Assembly: GCA_012295275.1 (NCBI GenBank) | Contig: CM022677.1 | Span: 10,974,001-11,038,000, forward strand | Origin: Chrysomallon squamiferum | Taxonomy: Eukaryota; Animalia; Mollusca | Direction of reading: 5' to 3' | Length of the DNA: 64,000 nt | Shown here: positions 13,972 to 28,489 of the stretch, piece by piece | Numbering within the stretch: the first letter of the stretch is position 1 | Layout: every line of letters begins with the position of its first letter | Translations under genes and position numbers: made by a program | Notes under the pieces: generated by a model | What the model was told of the DNA's origin: nothing | Seen by the model: the letters and a program-made list of their open reading frames with translations, nothing else | Database searches by the model: none

Positions 13972-14093
13972 TTCTTATTATTTTTATTCTATATTTATCT
14001 ACCTATCCACAAATATCAATTTCATGTAAACTCTAGTAATTGATCAGCCGTCATCATACCTACCACTCTAAATACCAACGTACCAATATTACT

Positions 14094-14293
14094 NNNNNNN
14101 NNNNNNNNNNNNNNNNNNNNNNNNNNNNNNNNNNNNNNNNNNNNNNNNNNNNNNNNNNNNNNNNNNNNNNNNNNNNNNNNNNNNNNNNNNNNNNNNNNNN
14201 NNNNNNNNNNNNNNNNNNNNNNNNNNNNNNNNNNNNNNNNNNNNNNNNNNNNNNNNNNNNNNNNNNNNNNNNNNNNNNNNNNNNNNNNNNNNN
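14094..14293. other. Assembly gap (200 N)
   Basis: Run of N. Confidence 1.
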
Positions 14294-14416
14294 ACATGTT
14301 TGATCATTCTCAAGTTTCTTCCCAGCCAGACAGGAACAAGTGAATCCACTGATTCTGTTAGTACAAGTATCAGTATACTTAGTAATACTGGCATCAACTG
14401 GCATCAACAGTTAGAT
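14294..14416 (-). pseudogene. Calcium-binding EGF-like domain exon, frameshifted and truncated by the gap
   Basis: Phase-1 acceptor at 14418-14417; translation DASITKYTDTCTNRISGFTCSCLAGKKLENDQTC fits the cbEGF pattern C-x-N-x2-G-x-F-x-C-x-C-x2-G; a 10-bp tandem duplication (GTTGATGCCA x2) breaks the frame. Confidence 0.7.
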
Positions 14417-15139
14417 CTAAATAATAACAATAATAATAATAATAATAATAAAGTAAAAAGCTTATTTCAATATTAGTGAAACCAAGGACTCTTTCATCTG
14501 AGACAAGACTTGCACTTTTTGCTACAGTTCAAAGAAAAAAAAAATGCTAACCTTTCTTATACTTTTAGTAGTAACCATAGTGACATAAACTGCATTCAGC
14601 TTTATGACAAATCGGTTCCCAAGTCAAACCCTGACTTCTACATTCTCAGTCTGAAACAAAAGTAATTTATTATTTTAAAGACTTTTTGGGGTTTCTTTTT
14701 TCTCCATTTTTTAAAATCAGTTTTATGTTTACCTCAAGTAAATATTAACATAAAATGCATTTAAAACAGCATCAGTTCAAAAATGATAATGACCTTTATT
14801 ATCATTTTAAAAATTATAGAAGTAATTAATGATAGATATAAACTGCTGTCTAATTGTTCACTTAAACATACCTAATTAATAGAGATAAAATTAAAATAAT
14901 ATTAATATTAAAACATTCTCGGGTGGCATTAAGTAATTTATAAAATCTGGTAGTAATCTGAATTACTTGACATTATACCCAGCATCTGTTTACAAACATG
15001 TTGAGCACATCTGAGTCTGTACAAATTTATCTTAACTGCCAGGACTGAAGAAGTGAATGTTCTTCACTGAACACATGGTCAAGCGGTCATTCTTGGCCTT
15101 TTTTCTGGTCAGCAGAAGGCTTGTTTATCTCTGAGAATA

Positions 15140-15176
15140 AATTGCGACCAAAGTTCCGTTTCGGCGACTGGGATGG
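15140..15176 (-). mobile_element. Subterminal fragment of the same hAT-like family as 58228-59181
   Basis: Reverse complement CCCAGTCGCCGAAACGGAACTTTGGTCGCAATT matches 59118-59150 CCAAGTCAACTAAACGGAACTTTGGTCGCATTT. Confidence 0.65.
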
Positions 15177-15690
15177 TGAAAGTTAATTTGCCAATATCGG
15201 TTTATAAACATTAACTTTCTAGACCGGATAGGCATGGAGTTAACTGTAGTCTTGATAAACAAAACCACGAGTCTCGCTGACCCAGTATCGTAAAACTGAT
15301 CGTGACCGTTCGGTTCATCTCGGCCGAATAGACGGAGAGAATCGAGTCTTCTGTATATATATACAACAGAATCCGTTCTCCTCACAAAAAGGCCTGGTAG
15401 CAAAAAATAATAATAATTAAAATAAATAAATAAATAAATAAAATAAAAGGCAATCATATATCTGTTTCATTTAAACTTAATTTTTAACCCCGCGAAAGTG
15501 TTTTGTTTTGTGGTGATGGTTTCGGGGGTGGGTGTTGCTTGTTTTTTTTAAGAATAGATATAACTGCTTTTTATCCCGTTTTTTGTTTTTTGTTTTGTTT
15601 TTTTGTGTTTTCTTTTTAATTTATTTTAATTTATTTATTTTATTTTTTATTTATAACATTTATTTTTTATTTTTTAAAAGTTATTATCGC

Positions 15691-15723
<33 letters not shown>

Positions 15724-16286
15724 TATTAACAATATTTATAATTATTATGTTTATTTTTCTTAATTTCATTTTTAGCTCAGCAATGAATACATTATAATTG
15801 TCCTAATTTGTAAAATCTGAGTTTATTAATAATTGTAAATACATACTTGAGATAATCTGACACACAATTACTTCTTCAAGCACCACAAGTTATACTGTGG
15901 CTGCAACAATAGACAGGAAATTACATGCTGGTCTCAAACAAGAATTAATATCTACAAATTTTGTAATAATTTTTGTAAGAATAAACAAATTAATTACTTC
16001 TTAGATACTAAATAAAATTAGGTTCATGCCAGACCAGTCTCGATAAACCACGATGTTTCGAACATACACAGATTCGAATGTATGCTACGCTTTTCAAACC
16101 AGTATGAACTAATTCTTGACAGCCAGTTTATTTTTAATTTTTAATTCGATAACGTTTTACTTGTTGATTATTCAATTTAATTTACTGTTGGAAATATTTC
16201 ACGAGAATCCAAATGGATTCTGATGTTTTATGTTTGTGCGAATCCAAGCGTGAATCGGATGCGGAGATATACGCACATTTTCAGCC

Positions 16287-16406
16287 ATGGAAAGAGGTAA
16301 GCATGATGTAATTTGTCATTGTATGTCACTATGTGTGAAAGAACAGAAAGAGAGGTATTCATTATATTAGTATATACAGTAATATATTATACACTGTAAT
16401 CGTATT

Positions 16407-16471
<65 letters not shown>

Positions 16472-18740
16472 AGTGTGTATGTTGGCCATTTTATATGTAA
16501 ATAAATTTATTAATAAACTGAGAAAAATGCATTTATTTGATAAATGTAGATTGATAACAAAAAATATCATGTTCTTACAAAAAATAATAAGTAATATATT
16601 TACTGTTGCTGTTGCTATTTTACGTAGGTCACTGCATTATTATTCAGGTCTGTCAAGAAAGGGAATTTACATCATGGAGAAGGATGAATCACCTGTTACA
16701 GAAATAATTCTTATGCACCCTGCACCATTCTGAGATGTGAGGTTTTTTTTAATTTTATTTTTGTGTCTTAGAGAATAAAATAAGTTTTGTAGAACTCTTT
16801 ATTGATTATGAAATAGTGTAATAATAATCACTTATGTGCTATTGTTTTGTTAATTATTTTATTATTATCATTATAATGATTATTCATTACTCAATAAAAT
16901 TATTTATTAATAACAAAGCACATTGAAAATATCCCGCAGCCCATTGTGGATGAATAATCCAGTAACTGATACCAGTGCAATTTATGTTTTAATTAGTTAA
17001 TAATGACAGAAATATTAGCTGTTTATTTATTTTATTTTTATTTTTTTTTCAGAAGGCACATCTAGCTCCTACTGATGTGCTGATGGTGGCATATGTCAGT
17101 GAAGTTGTTTCAGTAGAATGTGCTGTCCAAGCCATCAGGTATACTGTATTATTTATACTTATACTTATTTATTTATTTTTTATTTTTTTGTTATATTGTT
17201 AATTACCAAAAAAAAAAAAAAAAAAAAAATCTTCCTTGACTAAAATGAGTTTGGCTGTGTTAAAGTTTATTTAGTTTCTTTATTTTATAATTTGGACAAT
17301 ATATGGTAAATATTCAGTTTTAGTGTATATACTGAATGATGTTTTTACCTATGTAAGTAAAATGTTATTATTTAAATGGATGGTTTCAGACTTTAAAAGA
17401 TCCGTATATAAATTATAATGGTATGCTACCAATAAAGAAAGTATTTAAAAACATTCATCCTTCTGCTTTGAGTATTAACAAATAACTGAAAAGAAGGAGA
17501 ATATTTATAGTTAAACATGTAAAGGTATGAATGTATGAGAGAAAGAGAGAGAGGATGAAGGAATGGAGAGTCAGACAGAGAGGGAGAATGATAATGATGT
17601 GTGGGGTGCATATTTTGTATAATTTACATCAGACTTTAAATTCAGCATTTTGAACCAGCAATTTTAAATCTTTCAGAGTAATTACAACTTTTAACACATC
17701 CAGTGAACTTCCATCAGGCACTGAGGACACAATTATTTTCTGGTTAAATAAAGTTTGTACTGCTGCATCACAACAGAAAAAATCTGGGCAGGTGAATTTG
17801 AGTTTGATTTCTTATATATTTCTTATTATTATAAATCTAATGAAATTTAATTTAATTTAATATATGAAGTTACAGTTTGTAAATAATATATTTATAAGTA
17901 CATTGCACATACACATACACACACTCACATACACACACACAAACAATGACATGCATATACATACACATTATATTAGTATCTTGCAACACACTACACGTTA
18001 TACCATGTACATTTGTCTCATCTACCCCCAACACACAGATATACTTACATTCATATAAATGTAATTATTGTGTTGTAAATTTCAATATTTATAAAAAGAA
18101 AAAAGAAAGATGCAAATACTTAATGAGTATTTTAAAATGTTTAGTGTTCCAGTTACCAGATTGAAACTGCCAGCCCTTCAGACAGTGTGACTGTTCCTGT
18201 GATGACAGACATACTAAAAGATTTAGGAGATGGACGTGCTGCAGCTGTTTGAAGTGTCTAGTTTTCATGGTTTGTTAAATAACACATTTTTTTATAAATA
18301 AAATAATAAATCACATAACAACTTTAAAATTAGCATAAAGTAAATTTATGACTCTTAGTATCTAGTTAAGAGAGGAGTGGGGGTTACTGGGGGGATTTTT
18401 TATTTTATATTTTGATCTCTCTCTCTGTCTAGACAGTCTGTCTGTCAGTTGTTACATCCTTATGATCCTTCTTAACCTCTTTTACTGTATTATTTATTAT
18501 TAAATATTAATTGCCTCATCATTATATGTTTTCTTCAGATATAAGTTTGAAAGATGAGTTAGGAATAGCTAATTCTTTATATAACCATCTAAACATTCTG
18601 GGAACAGCATCTTCCCATCAACTTTTTCCATTTCACCTATGAGGATCTCCTGTACACACGAGAAAGTGCACAAACCTCTTAGCCTTTCTCACAGAGCTGT
18701 TCTTCGCAATACTAAGAATAAGAAAAGCAGATTAGAGCAA
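16287..18740 (+). pseudogene. Patronin: CAMSAP/Patronin N-terminal (CH domain) pseudogene fragment, copy 1
   Basis: Exons 16628-16736 (GHCIIIQ/LSRKGIYIMEKDESPVTE..PF*D), 17053-17138 (KAHLAPTDVLMVAYVSEVVSVECAVQAIR), 17677-17791 (TTFNTSSELPSGTEDTIIFWLNKV), 18160-~18269 (VPVMTDILKDLGDG) and 18539-~18740 (DISLKDELGIANSLYN..FHFTYEDLLY..NLLAFLTELFF). These match recalled CAMSAP1 motifs GHQSVIQALSRKGIYVME / AHxAMxDxLMMAY / FSASKELPYDLEDAMVFWINKV / DICLKE..ADSLYN / LTLEDMLY..FIAELFW. Splice phases are consistent; several frameshifts and stops. A 10-nt ATG mini-exon (16287-16296) precedes them. Confidence 0.9.
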
Positions 18741-19157
18741 GAAGAGTCTGTAATAATAAGTAAAGTAACTGTAGTATAAAAATAGCTTGATGACTTAGCA
18801 TTTTTTTCATACTTCCATTAGCATTTTTTCATTTCTTTTTAGCTTATATTTGTACTAGAGGTTTTGTTTTGAACATGCCAGAATACAGTCTGCTTTATTT
18901 TGTTTTCATTTGAAAGTTTAAAAATTAATTGGTGAAAAATCTGGTGACACAACATTTATGAATGTTGTATTTTGGAAAAACAGATTTTAAATAGTTTTTG
19001 AATAAATATGATAAATGGCTGTTTATTTTTATTATTATTTGTTATTCTTTTTACCTCATTTAAAAGTGTATACCTGTCCAAGCAAATAATTAGTTTTTAA
19101 TTGTGTTCATGACAGTCACTTGCTTTTCAAAAGAAAAGTGAATTTTCTAAATTATAA

Positions 19158-20005
19158 TATACTCTAACGAAAAAGAAACACAAAAGTAGATTTTATTGAC
19201 ATTGGGAATATCTATCTAATGGATCAACAGAAAGCTGCAGAATGTTCACATTTTACACACACTTTCACAATTTATTAATATTGATGGTATTACATTGAAA
19301 AGGTTAAAGTTCAAGCTTATAACAGTATAATATCAATACCTTGTGTGCTAACCATGGGAGTCCAGAACTGTCTGACCCCTCCTTCCTATGGCAGTAATGA
19401 CATTACCAATTACACCTTGTGGAATGGTGGCCCACTATGTCTGTAGTAATAATGTCAGCTGAGCACGATTCTGTGGCTGTAGTTTATCTGCCTCAGTTGT
19501 CTATCCAACTCGTCCCATAAATTTTCATAATGGTTCAAATCCGGAGATTTAGAGAGCCTGGGCAGGACCTGAATGTTATTGTTGTGTAGGTACGCTGTTG
19601 TGAGTCTGGCTGTATGTGGTCTCGCTTTATTCATCTCGGTATCTCTGTGCCATTAAGTTGCCTTGGATGTGAACCAGGTTGGTCCTGCCAGTGTATGAGA
19701 TTGCTGCTCACACCATCACACTACCACCGCCAAATCTGTCCACTTCCTGTATGCAGTTTGCAGCAAAACATTCACCAGGACGTCTGTAAACTCGACATCT
19801 TCCATCAGCTCGACGAAGCAGAAATCGAGCCTCGTCACTAAACCAGACAGTTCTCCATCGTAACTGAAGCCAGACTCTGTGCACTTGACACCACTGATGT
19901 TGTAGTTGATGATGTTGTTGAGTCAAAACCACTCTTCTTACAGGCTGTCTGGCTTGAATACGATTGCGCACTGTCTGAGCTGATATTCTATGCAGACTAC
20001 TAATA
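19158..20005 (-). mobile_element. Tc1/mariner (Tc1-type) transposon relic, 5'-truncated
   Basis: Minus-strand translation RISAQTVRNR..WRTVWFSDEARF..DGRCRVYRRPGE..GGGSVMV*A..GNLMAQRY..PHTAR..SPDLNHYENLWDELDR..HTRY* (stop 19335-19333); TA plus TIR-like TACTCTAACGAAAAAGAAAC at ~19158-19185. Confidence 0.93.
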
Positions 20006-21059
20006 GAAAAGTCATTTTGGTATTTTATTTTGTAAATCAATGTTACCCCAGTGCAGTAGGCCTCCCAGCCCTGTACCAAGTACAAGGTACACACCTAGTT
20101 TATGTGTGTTGCTCCTACAGTGACAAGAATGTCATGAAAATTAGTATTATGTTTGGTGGTGAGTAATCTACTCAAAATAATACTCAAGCAAATAATATTG
20201 TTTTGAGTTATTAAGTGATCTGCACTTATAAAGTATAATCTTTTATTTTGTATTTTGTATTTATTACTATTTGCATGTAATATATAAAAGAGCATTTTGA
20301 GAGATAATTTAATGTTTTCACTAGGATTTATTTATGTTTTAGTATTTTTAAGTTCAACTTTGTTTTATTCAGAGCCTGAAGTATGATCAAGAAATGATTA
20401 ATTGTTATTTCATTTACGTTAATGGTGTATTTTAGTAATGGATCTAGATGAGTGATTTTAGGAAATCTGTAGAACTGTTTGTTTAGGAAATTCCAAGCTT
20501 CTGTCAGGTGTTTTTCTTATTGTATGGATTGCAGTACATTACTTTTTTATTTTTAGTAGGTCTCACTCATGTGTTTCCATCTTATCTGGACTATAAATAA
20601 TAATGGATAGCTAGAAAATATAAAAAATGTGTTTTTCTTTAAAAAAAAAAAAAAAAAAAGCCCTAAGAAGGATTATAAAAGGATATAGTATATGTTATGT
20701 TTTCATTGATCAGTAACATATTTTGTTTTGTCTTCCCACATTTTATTTCTTCATTAACTTTACATTGTTCTTAAAATGGTTTTACATATTAATTATATCA
20801 GGTTTATTAATCAGTTTTAGGAACAACAATATAGTTATTTAAATGTACTAATTCATTTTGTATTCATGCTTAAGTCAAATGTGTTCAACTGCATTTTTCG
20901 TTTTTATTCTGATTAAATTAACAATTAATTAAATTTAAATATTTACACTGTTTGTCTTCTTTTATTTTTATATACTGATAATTTTATATGAATGTTTCAT
21001 AAAGCATGCCCATTTGCTTGATATTTTAAATGTTAAGTTTAGCTTGTACAGAATCAATG

Positions 21060-22460
21060 TAATAATTTACATGCCAGCCTAATAGAGCAATGAACAGAAC
21101 AGTTGTATAAATTTGTCAATTGCTATTTTTAATATCTCTCTCTAATCTCAGAAAAAAGATAGATTTAATAGAGGTGAAAGATATTTACAATATTAATCTG
21201 ATTGAAATTAAGAATATAAAAACCTTTAATAAAATATTTTAATTTTAAATTAAATGGAAAAAATACAAATTTGGACTAAAATTCTTCTTGATAAGAGAGT
21301 GAAATGCAGTTAGAGCTCACAACAAATGCTTTTTTCACTTTATTTTTTGTTTTGTTTATTAATGAATATTATATTTTGTTGTAGGATCCTAGACAACAGA
21401 TTCAAGCTACCTTAGCCAGCATTCAGTGGGAAATGTTGTAAGACCCATTTTCAGAAAGCTATTACATCACAGACTTTCAAGGGAAAATCTGTCTGAAATG
21501 TAATTTGAATTTTGAAAACTCAGTGATCTCCAAGAGACTGCATTGTCAATGTGATCAGAACATCCAGTGTACACATTGTACATCATAGCAGCTTGCACTG
21601 TTTTTATCATTAAAAAAATACACAAAAAACATTTCTTCTATCTTTTTCTTTATTATTATTTAAATCAGGGGAATCAAGGGCTTGCTGGGGGTAACCAATG
21701 TAAATATAACTGAAGATTATGTAATTAGGGATAATTAGTATTTTTTTTTTATAAAAAACAAAAAAAAAACATTTTTTTTTAAATATTTAAATCAGGGGGA
21801 AAATTATGCAATTAGGGGTAATTAAATATTTTATTTTAATATTATTTAAATCAGAGAAAATTGAACATTATGTAATGAGGGATAATCTAAATTTTTTTAT
21901 AAAAAAGAAAGAAAAGGATTTTGTTTACTTTTTATTATTTAAATCTGGGGAATTCAAGGGTTTGCTGGGGGTAATCATTGTCTAAATATTTTAAAATTAT
22001 GTAATTATGGATCTTCAAGTTGAAATTATTAAAAACCTGGATAGATAGTAAAACATAAATATTCATTTATTTCTGTTTAGACATTTCTGCCAGTTTTTAT
22101 AATTTGCCTTTCACATTTTAGAAAGAATAATATAATTATTTCAGTAAGGAATCTTTAAAAATAGGAAATAATAATTTAAAAACAATAAAAAAAATTAAAA
22201 AATAAGATAAAAAATGTACATAAATGACGTTTACATTTTGGAAACATTAAAAAAATTAGTTAAAAAATGTGCAGATGGTATTGTCTTCCAATTATTTTAT
22301 AATCTGTATTTTCTCTTTTATTCAATTAACAAACTAGGAAAAAAAATAAAAGAAAATAAATAAATAAAAGAAAAGAAAATAATATTAATCTCTTTAAAAA
22401 ATGAAGTACAGTCTGGTATTTAATATATTTCCAAGCTGCATGGAAATTAAAGCTGATTTG
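21060..22460 (+). repeat. Duplicated segment homologous to 53345-55520, containing an unidentified exon-like block at 21386-21600
   Basis: Shared anchors CAGCCTAAT..GAACAGAACA, GTGAAATGCAGTTAGAGCT, TTGTTGTAGGATCCTAGACAACAGATTCAAGCT, AAATCAGGGG repeats and TTTCTGTTTAGACATT. Confidence 0.92.
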
Positions 22461-22965
22461 TTTGTACACAAATTCAAATTACAGATTCAAATTTTCATTT
22501 TTATTCTAAGAGACATTGTAAGATTATGCAAATTCAGTACTTTAAATATTTTTAGCAATGTTTGGAGTTTTTGCTTAACAATAAAATATAGCCAGGTTAT
22601 GTTACATAAATGGGTGGCAGTACAAATATTTAAAAAAAAAGAAAATAGTATTTGTTCTTAACTGTTTTAAATACTGACATTTGCAAATTCAAACTCATTG
22701 CATCTTATCTAACAACAATAATGAAAATGGAAAATATTTCTGAAATTGTTTCAATTTCTTAACATTAAAAATGTTAAGGCACATTTTAATAATTTAAAAC
22801 AAAAATAAAGAAAGAAAGAATAGTCTTTGTGTGTTTTTATTTTTATTATGTATATATTGATCAGCGTCTTCTGTATTTGTTATCAATTAGCAAAAGATAA
22901 TCTGACATAATCATTATTTATATATATACTTCTTATTTGAATTAGGTAAATTAAGGTAAACAAAC

Positions 22966-23030
<65 letters not shown>

Positions 23031-23567
23031 CTCAGGCTTTTTTGTATATTTACAAACACGTTAAAGTTATATCCCTTAGCAGTGTCAAGCTAAATTTGAT
23101 TTGCTTCATTTAGATGAATTTAGCTAATTCTTTAAAATGATTTAGAACAAAATATTTCAATAGTACCATTATATTAACTCCAACAGTTTATAAAGAGCCA
23201 ATTTCCATTATTTGTTTGTTTATTTGAGTTATTATTATTACTTAATTAATTATTGTAAAATTCCTATTTTGCTAAACACTTTTTTCTTCGATTTGTCCCT
23301 TGAATAAAAACAATGAATTTTTCATATAAATTTTGAGCTGTCAAGATCACTACATGATGTTACTAATCAAACTGAAGTTTGTTAAATAAGAAATATAATT
23401 ACAATAACATTTTAAGACAAAACTAAACACCACTTTTTTAACATTGAATTCTAATAATGAATTATAGTGACATATGCCTTTAAAATTTTGTATTATGAAC
23501 CCATTTCACTTTTATTTGATGTCATAATGAAGCCATAATCAAGCAAATTAATTTTTATTTCTTTAAA

Positions 23568-23607
<40 letters not shown>

Positions 23608-24045
23608 GACATACATAACTTCATTTTCATTTCTTTAAAATAAAAATTACTGGAAATCTATTTTAAAAAAGACTTGGTTTTACTAAAATTATTTTTTAAT
23701 CTGATTAATTTCAGCTATCTACAGATATCTTTTATCTCTATTTTTATATCATTTTTCTAGGGTTTTTTTAAAAGACAACAACAGTCAAAACACTTGTATT
23801 TATTTTACATAAACAAGGATACTGTCTTTCACATGCACCAGTTCTCTGACAACAAACACATTAACTCTTTCTCACAGATAATATGTATGTACCAACTCAT
23901 CCTTTCACATTCACACCTGTCTGTCTTTCTCTCTGTATCTATGTCTGCATCTATTTCTCCTACATACCCATGCCTCAGATAACACATAGAAAAATTCTAA
24001 TTTCCTTCAGTACACACATACACACATACACTTGCACACAACTTG

Positions 24046-24096
<51 letters not shown>

Positions 24097-27000
24097 TTTC
24101 TTTTTCTAACAGCCAATACATATACCCACATCTGTCCGTGTGTTTCTCTGTCAATCCATAAATTCCACAGCTTTAACAATTTTTCTGTCGCCGTCTGCTT
24201 CTTTCTTTGAACAGTCCAAACTGTTATTATTATTATTGTTCTATCTATATCTTTGTGCATCTCGATTATGTCATCAATTTTACAGTCTACCACGTAAAAC
24301 AAGTTTCCGAGGCGAAGACACTGTTAAATAAAAAATACAGGAAAAGGTGAAGAATTTGAAATAAATATAAAATATAAAATATTATTTTTCCTGATTCTAC
24401 ACTTTGCTTTATAAACTGCGCTGCTGGATAGGCTTAATGTTTCTTTTTTAATTGTTTACTACTGATAATATCTTTTCATGGCTCTCTAAAACAAATTTTT
24501 ATAAAACTATACATATATTTATTTATTTATTTATTTATAGTTTGTTGTTGTTGAGAAATACAGAGGGCCTTTCAAATAAACCATATTTTTAAATATGGTA
24601 ACCAATATTATACCAGTTAATCTTTAATTTCTGTGTATAATATCATATTTAATTTGGTAGTTTTCTGAAAATAATTTGAGATTGCTCGACAGAATTTACG
24701 TTTTTATTTAGTACCAGATGTGCAGTGTATACGACTAAACTGAGCGGAAATTACGTTCCATCTTAGTAAAAAAAAAACACTGCTTACATCGATATTTTAT
24801 TACGTTCACCTTTGCTTTGCATCATAACCATTATATATATATATATATAAACTGTCAGCTAACGGAATATCATCGGCTTTTCAAGAATAATCCTGATAAC
24901 AGTAAATGTCGCTGTGAAAACTGCGCTTATGTTAACATCATTTATTATCAACGTATCAACAAACATGAATGGATTCTTACAAAGTAAAAGCTCAGTTTTC
25001 AGCATCATAGTGTAATCTGTTCTGTTGTTAATCAAATATCACTTTATAGTGGCATTCAGCGATCGACTTGTAAATTCAGAAATAAATAATTCAATGACTA
25101 CATATACAGGGGAAGCCACTCTATTGTGACAATATTTTTCTCTTAAACTGAGTTACAGATTCTTCTCTACAAAAAAAAAAAAATAAATAAAAAATTAATA
25201 CTGAACACGTGAGAAGTTACACTTTACTTGAATCACAGAATTTGATTTTGCGAAGCAAACGACATTAAAATTAAAATTCACAGAGAGAAGCGAAGTTTTC
25301 TGTTTTGTAAAAGGCGACGTAATTCACATTTTATATATAAAACCAGCGACGTTTAGATCATAAATTGATACTGAATGAAAATAACGTGATGTTTCACTAT
25401 GTTTTACCTCCGTTTTGCTTCATAAACAATACTGATAATTTCACTTACAGTTACATTTTATTATACTAGGAGATGTCTACTGTATTAATATTATAATTTG
25501 TAAGTTATATGATAAAATAAAAACAAAAAAAAGCCCTACAACATGCCTATCCATATGTCTTCTACAAAACTTTAAGAATATTTTGTAAAGAACAGAACAG
25601 TATAACTTTAAAACCTAGCTGCTGCCTTAATGGAATCCCAGCAATTTATATTCGAGAATTAATGACATAAATATCATATTTAGTTTCTAGGAGCGTAGTT
25701 TTCTGAAGATAATTTGAGAACGCTGGACAGCATTTACATTTTAATTTACTACCAGCAGTTTACACGAATAAATTGAGACAATGAGCGAAAATTACCTTAA
25801 TCTTATAGTAACTGTACTGCTGTTTTTTGTACACGTCATTATGAAAACAAACTTATAATGTCAAGAATTTTTGTAGTTTACCTCGAAAATTAATATTAAA
25901 TTGTATTAGATCACCTCTGAATACAATAATAATAATAGATAAATATAGATAAAATACAGAATGACTGAGTGAAAATACATTAATAAGTTTCCCTTTTCCC
26001 AGACTTCTTCGTTATTTCTTTTTATTACGTGCAAAACTGAATATCCTGGTATTTATATTCTTATTTTATAGTAGAAATATTTCCTTTCAGATAATTAATT
26101 AATATATTTTTCTATTAACAATAGGAAAAGTCAGACAGCTACCTGTCATCTGCAGAAAATTATTCTTATTATCAAGTTAACGCGTTTTTAATAAAATCTT
26201 CTGTGCTGTAACTGAAAATAAAATTTTGACTATATCAAGGTTATCAAAATATTAGTTTAAGAAACGGCGCAATGTTGTTTTCTGTTACTTACCCACATAT
26301 TATTGTGAAACACGGCGCTGTATAATATCAAACATTTTGTTTTAACAATTAGAGAATACAAAAAGAAAGGTGATATTGCGGGAAAAGGTTATTAACGCCG
26401 TTTAACTAGAGTAAATATTTCATTTTTATTTATGAAAAAAAAAAAAAAAATCATATTTAGTAGAGTGCAGTTAATATGACAGAATGTAGAATCAATCTAA
26501 ATCGAGAATTATAGAACAGGTTAAGTGATAAATATTTTTTAAAACTTTAATAACAACTAAGGAATTGTGTGAGTATATGTGTGTTATTATTATTATTATA
26601 TATATATTTTTTCCACAATTTATTTATTATATATTACAGGAAAATACGAGTATCTCTGGATAATTTATACGGTATTAAGATTGCAGATGGAGAGAAGGCT
26701 TCTAGAGTCACAACGGTTATACTGACAAATTGAGAATTATATTTCTACAGATATCTGAAGAAAAACTGTGTCGGAATTTACATTGTATTCACTGTCAGTA
26801 TTTTTATTATTAACATGACACGTTTATATGATTAAACTGAGGTTTATCTGTAATAATGTATTATATGATTATTATTATTATTATTATTATAATTATTATT
26901 ATTATTATAATTATTATTATTATTATAATTATTATTATTATTATAATTATTATTATAATTATTATTGTTATTATTAAATATTTGAATGAGTACTGAGGTG

Positions 27001-27104
27001 TGTGTTTGATTGTTGTGGGATTTTTTTGATTTTTGATATATTAAAAATAATAATAATAAAATAAAATAAATAAAATGAAGAATTCCTTAATAAAAAAAAA
27101 AAAA

Positions 27105-27139
<35 letters not shown>

Positions 27140-28489
27140 AACATTATTTTAGATGAAACTAAGTTTATTCATTTACACAACAGTACTCACATTAATATGT
27201 TTTATTCTCAACTTGTTAATGTAACCGTTCTGACTCTAGAAGACTGTACTTACAGATAATATTACTGTGATGGATAATAAAATGTATCTCACCTGTCTCT
27301 GTCATATAGCCTTTTCTTTTTACAATATTTGTTAATTAAAGAACAAAGCACCACTTGATATTACGCTGCACATCTAATTATCACTCTAATATGTTGTTTA
27401 AACCACATTAATTTCTAGCGATCGAGCATTTCACTTTAAAATGATTTATGTTGATTCATACCATCAGCCTGTAATTAATCTTAACTTTTTGTCACAACAG
27501 TAAATTAATATGATATTTTAATAGGATGAATCACTTTCTGCATTTCTATTTAATGCAAAGTTTATATTTACTGCCAGTAGAGCTGTTTGAATGAATACAT
27601 TCAGATTTGGTTTAAACAACCTATATTTTATATCATTTTTGCTTCTCAATTCACTTCTATGAACAGTACTCCTATTACAAAATAAACGGGATATCTCAAG
27701 TTTAAAATATACTGAAAAAGTTTAAAAAAAAAAAGAAAAGTCACGTTTTAGTAATTTATTCTGAGATTATCAGAAGCGCAGTTTATACAATAAAAGTTAA
27801 CATCAACGAAAATAACTTAATATTTTATTAATTACATTAATTTGTTAATTAATATTACTATAGAAGGTCCTCCATATTTCTGATTATACTTTCCGGTTTC
27901 ATAAAGAAGAGGCCACAAATCTTACCACTGTTTCTGCATAACTGTAACGAGTTAAAAATCACTCGATAATAAATTTGTCACATAAACAGTGGTGGTGATT
28001 TTATCAGAAGCGTTTTTACAAGAGAATGTGAGAATTAATTACAGGTTTTCGATTATAACAATTGAATACAGCAAATGGATCTTTCTGTTTGTCTGGTATA
28101 TTACGTGACGCTGCACGTAAAAAGAAAATATCTGATAATTTGTTTTTATTAAACTCAATTTAAATCATTTTTCAAAGAAAGATTTATTTGGGATAATCGT
28201 TATTTTCCGGCTGCCAAAACTGTCGCATATTTTGACATCTAAAATAATATTATGATGCTTGCTGAAGGACGAAGTTAGTGTCATTTTACATCATCTTCGT
28301 CTCAGAATTTTGTTTATACACGGTAGAATTTCTTGATAGTGTAAAACTAATGACGTAAGGTAATTGTAATGCCAATACCCCCAAACCTACCTAAGTCCAC
28401 AACGAGGATTCTTAGTTAACGCTGCTCCTAATGGTGACCCTAAAATTATTTTGCATATTATCGAACACTGATAATAAACCTTAAATAAA

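Noticed and set aside
14022-14303. ORFs spanning N runs (also 55475-55779)
   Set aside because: Artefacts of translating assembly gaps; only the EGF portion beyond the first gap is supportable.
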